Assembly (NCBI GenBank): GCA_030141605.1
Contig: JAQGDQ010001760.1
Span: forward strand, 1-26,467
From: Tubiluchus corallicola
Taxonomy: Eukaryota > Animalia > Priapulida
DNA: 26,467 bases
Direction of reading: 5' to 3'
Notes under the pieces: model-generated
Database searches by the model: none
What the model saw: the letters and a program-made list of their open reading frames with translations, nothing else
What the model was told of the DNA's origin: nothing
Shown: positions 21,053-26,467 of the stretch, piece by piece
Layout: every line of letters begins with the position of its first letter
Numbering within the stretch: position 1 is the stretch's first letter
Made by a program: the position numbers and the translations under genes

Positions 21053-23398
21053 TCGCCACTCCCACATAGCCACAGTACTTTTGGTGGTGACCTGTCATCA
21101 TGACTTGGTTTAAAGTGGAGAGGGATTGCACCAGGTCATCAGCCTCACTCTCTCCATGCCAGGTGGTGACCTGTCATCATGACTTGTGCGTGACTTGGTT
21201 TAAAGTGGAGAGATTGCACCAGGTCATCAGCCTCACTCTCTCCACGCCAGGTGGTGACCTGTCATCATGACGTGTGCGTGACTTTGGTTTAAAGTGAGGG
21301 AGGGATTGCACCAGGTCGCCAGCCTCACTCTCTCCACGCCAGGTGGTGACCTGTCATCATGACTTGTGCGTGACTTGGTTTAAAGTGGAGAGATTGCACC
21401 AGGTCATCAGCCTCACTCTCTCCACGCCAGGTGGTGACCTGTCATCATGACTTGTGCGTGACTTTGGTTTAAAGTGAGGGAGGGATTGCACCGGGTCGCC
21501 AGCCTCACTCTCTCCACGCCAGGTGGTGACCTGTCATCATGACTTGTGCGTGACTTGGTTTAAAGTGGAGAGATTGCACCAGGTCATCAGCCTCACTCTC
21601 TCCACGCCAGGTGGTGACCTGTCATCATGACTTGTGCGTGACTTTGGTTTAAAGTGAGGGAGGGATTGCACCAGGTCGCCAGCCTCACTCTCTCCACGCC
21701 AGGTGGTGACCTGTCATCATGACTTGTGCGTGACTTGGTTTAAAGTGGAGGGATTGCACCAGGTCTCCAGCCTCACTCTCTCCACGCCAGGTGGTGACCT
21801 GTCATCATGACTTGTGCGTGACTTGGTTTAAAGTGAGGGAGGGATTGCACCAGGTCGCCAGCCTCACTCTCTCCACGCCAGGTGGTGACCTGTCATCATG
21901 ACTTGTGCGTGACTTGGTTTAAAGAGGAGAGATTGCACCAGGTCATCAGCCTCACTCTCTCCACGCCAGGTGGTGACCTGTCATCATGACTTGTGCGTGA
22001 CTTGGTTTAAAGTGAGGGAGGGATTGCACCAGGTCGCCAGCCTCACTCTCTCCACGCCAGGTGGTGACCTGTCATCATGACTTGTGCGTGACTTGGTTTA
22101 AAGTGGAGGGATTGCACCAGGTCATCAGCCTCACTCTCTCCACGCCAGGTGGTGACCTGTCATCATGACTTGTGCGTGACTTGGTTTAAAGTGAGGGAGG
22201 GATTGCACCAGGTCGCCAGCCTCACTCTCTCCACGCCAGGTGGTGACCTGTCATCATGACTTGTGCGTGACTTGGTTTAAAGTGAGGGAGGGATTGCACC
22301 AGGTCGCCAGCCTCACTCTCTCCACGCCAGGTGGTGACCTGTCATCATGACTTGTGCGTGACTTGGTTTAAAGTGAGGGAGGGATTGCACCAGGTCGCCA
22401 GCTTCAGTTTCTCCACGCCAGGTGGTGACCTGTCATCATGACGTGTGCGTGACTTTGGTTTAAAGTGAGGGCGGGATTGCACCAGGTCATCAGCCTCACT
22501 CTCTCCACGCCAGGTGGTGACCTGTCATCATGACTTGTGCGTGACTTGGTTTAAAGTGAGGGAGGGTTGCACTAGGTCGCCAGCCTCATTCTCTCCACGC
22601 CAGGTGGTGACCTGTCATCATGACGTGTGCGTGACTTTGGTTTAAAGTGAGGGAGGGTTGCACCAGGTCGCCAGCTTCACTCTCTCCACGCCAGGTGGTG
22701 ACCTGTCATCATGACTTGTGCGTGACTTGGTTTAAAGTGAGGGAGGGATTGCACCAGGTCACCAGCCTCACTCTCTCCACGCCAGGTGGTGACCTGTCAT
22801 CATGACTTGTGCGTGACTTGGTTTAAAGTGAGGGAGGGATTGCACCAGGGTCACCAGCCTCACTCTCTCCTCGCCAGGTGGTGACCTGTCATTATGACTT
22901 GTGCGTCACTTGGTTTAAAGTGAGGGAGGGATTGCACCAGGTCACCAGCCTCACTCTCTCCACGCCAGGTGGTGACCTGTCATCATGACTTGTGCATGAC
23001 TTGGTTTAAAGTGAGGGAGGGATTGCACCAGGTCACCAGCCTCACTCTCTCCACGCCAGGTGGTGACCTGTCATCATGACTTGTGCGTAACTTAGTTTAA
23101 AGTGAGGGAGGGATTGCACCAAGTTGCCAGCCTCACTCTCTCCACGCCAGGAGTATGATCCATGGGAAAGGCGGAGCCAGTACATCTGGTACTTCAGGCG
23201 TCGCAGGAGTTGTCGGAATCATGGTGCTATGCAACATGACCCGCCTATAGGGACTCCAGCTCCGGATTTTTCCTTGGGGTTTACTCCCGAAGCCTTTCCC
23301 ACGGAGAGTATAGCCACAAGGCAGTGGAGGTTTGTGATCCGTGTTTTCGTTCACCTAGATGGATTGCCGGCCAAGGTTAAGGAGCCCCATCTACCCCA
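21053..23398 (-). mobile_element. RTE-derived non-autonomous retroposon expanded by an internal tandem array
   Basis: 11-bp TSD ttaaatttggt (21042-21052 / 23399-23409). Minus-strand 5' end GGGGTAGATGGGGCTC...CCATCTAGGTGAACGAAAAC resembles RTE 5'UTRs and shares motifs with 9288-9675. Confidence 0.8.
21083..23151. repeat. ~88-92-bp tandem repeat, 23 copies
   Basis: ggtggtgacc unit starts counted from 21083 to 23059. The first unit is 79 bp. Confidence 0.97.
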
Positions 23399-24001
23399 TT
23401 AAATTTGGTGTCTCTCATAAAATAGGTCACTTTTGCATATGATTATGATCAATGGAGTTCAGCTCAATAAAATTTGCGCCTCCTAAAACCAATATTTTGA
23501 ACAATTACTAACGAATATCATCTCAGTCTGGCTGTCAAGGATTTTGTTTGTCAAATTTAGTATAGCCATACAGTTACAAGTGGCGACACCTGGCCTCAAT
23601 ATTTACATCCTAGTGAATTTCCGGTCATTTTAAGTTTCAAGGTGTTCATGTGATGACGGGTTTCCGTGAACTCACGATTTAATGCCAACGATGTACGTAA
23701 ATTTTATTTAATCATTTATTTTATTTACTCTCATTAATTTCGCTTAATCATAATAGATGTTTTGGTAGAAATGAATTAGTTTATTAAAGAAATTTATATC
23801 TTATTTCAGATAAAATGTAATATTTTGGGTAATGGCGTCTCAGTGTCAAATATGATGAAGTAAATGACCTAAGGGGCACGTGACATGAAAATGGTACAAA
23901 CAATAAACAGTTATGCTGAGCAAAATGATTATTTGTTTGTTTGTCTCCGTAAAGCCCAAACACTGGCTGAACACAGTAGTATAAATTAGGGTTTTGTTTA
24001 C

Positions 24002-24196
24002 CTTAATAACCCTGTCTGCCGATCCAGTACAAAACCACTGATTTGCCGGTTCCACTGCTATGCATCGCACCCACCCCCAATGGCCGCTGATTACGCGATA
24101 AAGCTTCCACGGCGGATGCCAATCGGGTTTTGGCATGGTCGGCGCTTTTCTTGGTACAATAGCTGTTTTGTCTTGAGTTTGACTCACTACAAGTGC
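24002..24196 (-). CDS. PLRG1: PLRG1 exon (ALVVSQ...[44 protein letters not shown])
   Basis: tttttgcag|GCA acceptor and AAG|gtaaac donor. 195 nt. Diagnostic [17 protein letters not shown] motif. Confidence 0.96.
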
Positions 24197-25310
24197 CTGC
24201 AAAAATGGCCATCATTTCTTTTTTATTTTTCGTTTATTTTTATTTAGTCACGTGTTTATATATACATATATATATATATGTGTATATATATATATATATT
24301 ACATATATTAATTCTTTATTTGTCATTAAAATGGTTCTCTCATTATAATAAAATTGAGTCCTCAGCGTAATGTTAAAATAACAACAGTTTCAAGACAAAT
24401 GCGTCCAGTGCATACTAAAAAAAACCAAAGTGCAAAACTATATACAATAAATGAACATATTTACAAACACAATATTAAAATATTTTTACAAAAGAATATT
24501 ACAAAAGGACATTAAATTTTACATGACATATTTTACACAATATACATTTGACATGACACAATTAACAGAGACATGCTTTACATTAGATAAATTTCACTCA
24601 TTACATTTACACTATTTATACATTTGAAATTACAAAACTAACATAACACTTATTACATTACATAATTTTGTTAAAAACTTTACATTTTTAATCGTTTTAT
24701 GGAGTCAGGGGCGGGGGTAGATGAAAGTTGAGTCTGTGTAATTAGTATCAGATGCACAATGTGGAAGTTGAAACCTGTTATATTGATATTCTTTTAATTT
24801 CTTTTTAATGTGGTGCAGAGATTCTATTTGTTTTATTTCACTTGGGTAGTAAGTAAATTCAAACATGGTTTTGATATTTCGGTTGATTGGACCTGGAGAC
24901 CTTAAAACTTCAGTCGTGAGCAGTGAAGATTTGCCGCATTGCCGTTAAAAACACGTCACAAACTGTCATGTAAACGAAATTTTTGATTTATTTGCACTAA
25001 TTTAGCCAAGATTTTTCAGCAGTTTCTGACATCTAGGAAAAAAGAAATGGTTAATTATATAAATAATCGTAAAACCTCGGAAAAATGTTCCCAAAAAATC
25101 TCCGAAATTTAGTAGGTTTTTCCGAAACTGAAACTTAACCGAAAATGCAATTATCGGCAAACCTGACAAATAACGTTCCTGCTCACATATAAAAGGAATC
25201 GCCGAATTCAGCTACGTGAGAAATGACTGAATAATTAGACGTAAATTAACCCAACAACAGGGATGACAGATATTTACAGTGTAGAGAAAATGACGTTTTA
25301 GCATTTCCCA

Positions 25311-25771
25311 CAGGGATGAGAATGACAAATTGCAAAAAAACTCTGAAACAGGCCGGGGGTTTGGGGCCACGTAGGCCATAGAGAGCCTCCAAGTGGACTT
25401 AAAATATCAGTTACCTTGTTTCGTGCATAATTTAAAATACCCTACTATCAAGGATACATGATACCTAATTGTCTCAAAAACGCCTAAGTACTGGCCGCTC
25501 CTATGCAAAAGTATATAAAAACTGTCTGCAATTGACTCAAATAACTCCGCATAATTGATTCTATATTTTTCTACATAGAGATATACACGTGGTTACACTG
25601 ATGTACGTGATGTAAACAAAGTGACGGCCTGCCAACTAGCGGTCAGTTTGTGAAATAACGTACTGGGTGCGTACAAATTTTCTCAAGGAATTTACACGAT
25701 TTACAAAAATGGCACTACTGGTCTTCCAAAAACTCGGAATTCCGCGTATCCGCGGAAAATTCTCATCCCTG
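25311..25771. mobile_element. hAT-type MITE (CAGGGATGAGAAT family), copy 2
   Basis: Perfect 13-bp TIR cagggatgagaat / attctcatccctg and a perfect 8-bp TSD atttccca. Confidence 0.92.
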
Positions 25772-25846
25772 ATTTCCCATTGTTAAATACAAAAATTACC
25801 AAATGTACAAAAATATATTATCAAAAAAGAGGGAAAAATTTACAAC

Positions 25847-26010
25847 CTTTGAGGATGATCGTTCTTGCGCAGCAACATTTTGTTGCATTGTTGCCGTCTT
25901 TTCAGCATCAGTTTCAATTTGAGAAGACTGCAACGACTGCAACACTTGCATTCGGCCTTGTTCACTTATCAGTCGTTGCTGAGTTGCAGTTTCGGGTGTA
26001 AGAGTTACAC
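25847..26010 (-). CDS. PLRG1: PLRG1 N-terminal-region exon (GVTLTPETATQQRLISEQ...ERSSSK)
   Basis: ttgcag|GT acceptor. Donor AAG|gttgta (or GTT|gtaaat 3 nt further). Phase 0 into the next exon. Weak resemblance to PLRG1 GVALTADTKIQR. Confidence 0.7.
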
Positions 26011-26467
26011 CTGCAATTTGACAATGTGAATCGTTAATACAAGCACCCATTCCTCAATTCGTCCAGGAAGAACAAAATCACATCCTGCTACCATTTCCAT
26101 GTCAAGTCATAAAAATTTAGCGCCATTATAATGGTTGGGCTTATGGGCATTGATCCACAGTAATCTTAATATAACGTGACTATGCTCAACAGGTTACTGA
26201 ACACTTTATAATCATGATCACGGTTTTTCTTAGTTCTTGCTCCATTTCATCTTTCATTCACTACCCCCCTCCACATTTATGTATATATTATCATTATTTC
26301 AATAATTAATCTTTTTTTAAGATTTCCACGTACAGTTTTGCCTGTCAAGCTATGCTTTTAGGCTCAAACTGTATGCATCAAAATTATTCTGTAATGTAAT
26401 TTGCACATGTATATGCTGCATTTTGTAATTTCTCGATAATACTGCATTTATTTATATTTACTTAAAT

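Noticed and set aside
23250-23398. HDV-like or twister ribozyme at the RTE 5' end
   Set aside because: A TAGATGG/CCATCTA stem is present, but I could not fit P1.1 or a twister core by hand. An Infernal/RNArobo search or cleavage assay is needed.
24310-24860. Possible LINE 3' remnant on the minus strand
   Set aside because: Only a short open stretch and an AT-rich tail with AATAAA, with no diagnostic motif I can support.

Overview
Eukaryotic (probably invertebrate animal) genomic DNA, AT-rich and repeat-rich, with two convergent intron-containing genes. The last three coding exons of an MCMDC2-like gene lie on + (1428-4968). Eight exons of PLRG1/Prp46 (spliceosomal WD40 protein; 5' end outside the window) lie on - (11024-26010). 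All exon phases join consistently. Introns and the intergenic space hold non-autonomous mobile elements: hAT-type and Tc1/pogo-type MITEs, three RTE-derived bipartite retroposons each with an 11-bp TSD, a tRNA-derived Meta-domain SINE, solo-LTR candidates and a LINE 3' remnant. Roughly a third of the window is tandem repeat. The most notable theme is that several arrays are amplified pieces of the element or exon they sit in: a 23-copy ~90-bp array inside a TSD-bounded RTE retroposon, a 133-bp array inside nested MITEs, a 7x amplified transposon end and a duplicated PLRG1 splice donor. There is also a ~195-nt G-U-rich rod-like fold-back in an MCMDC2 intron. No CRISPR, rRNA or intact transposase/RT gene was found. 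Family names come from remembered motifs, not database searches.
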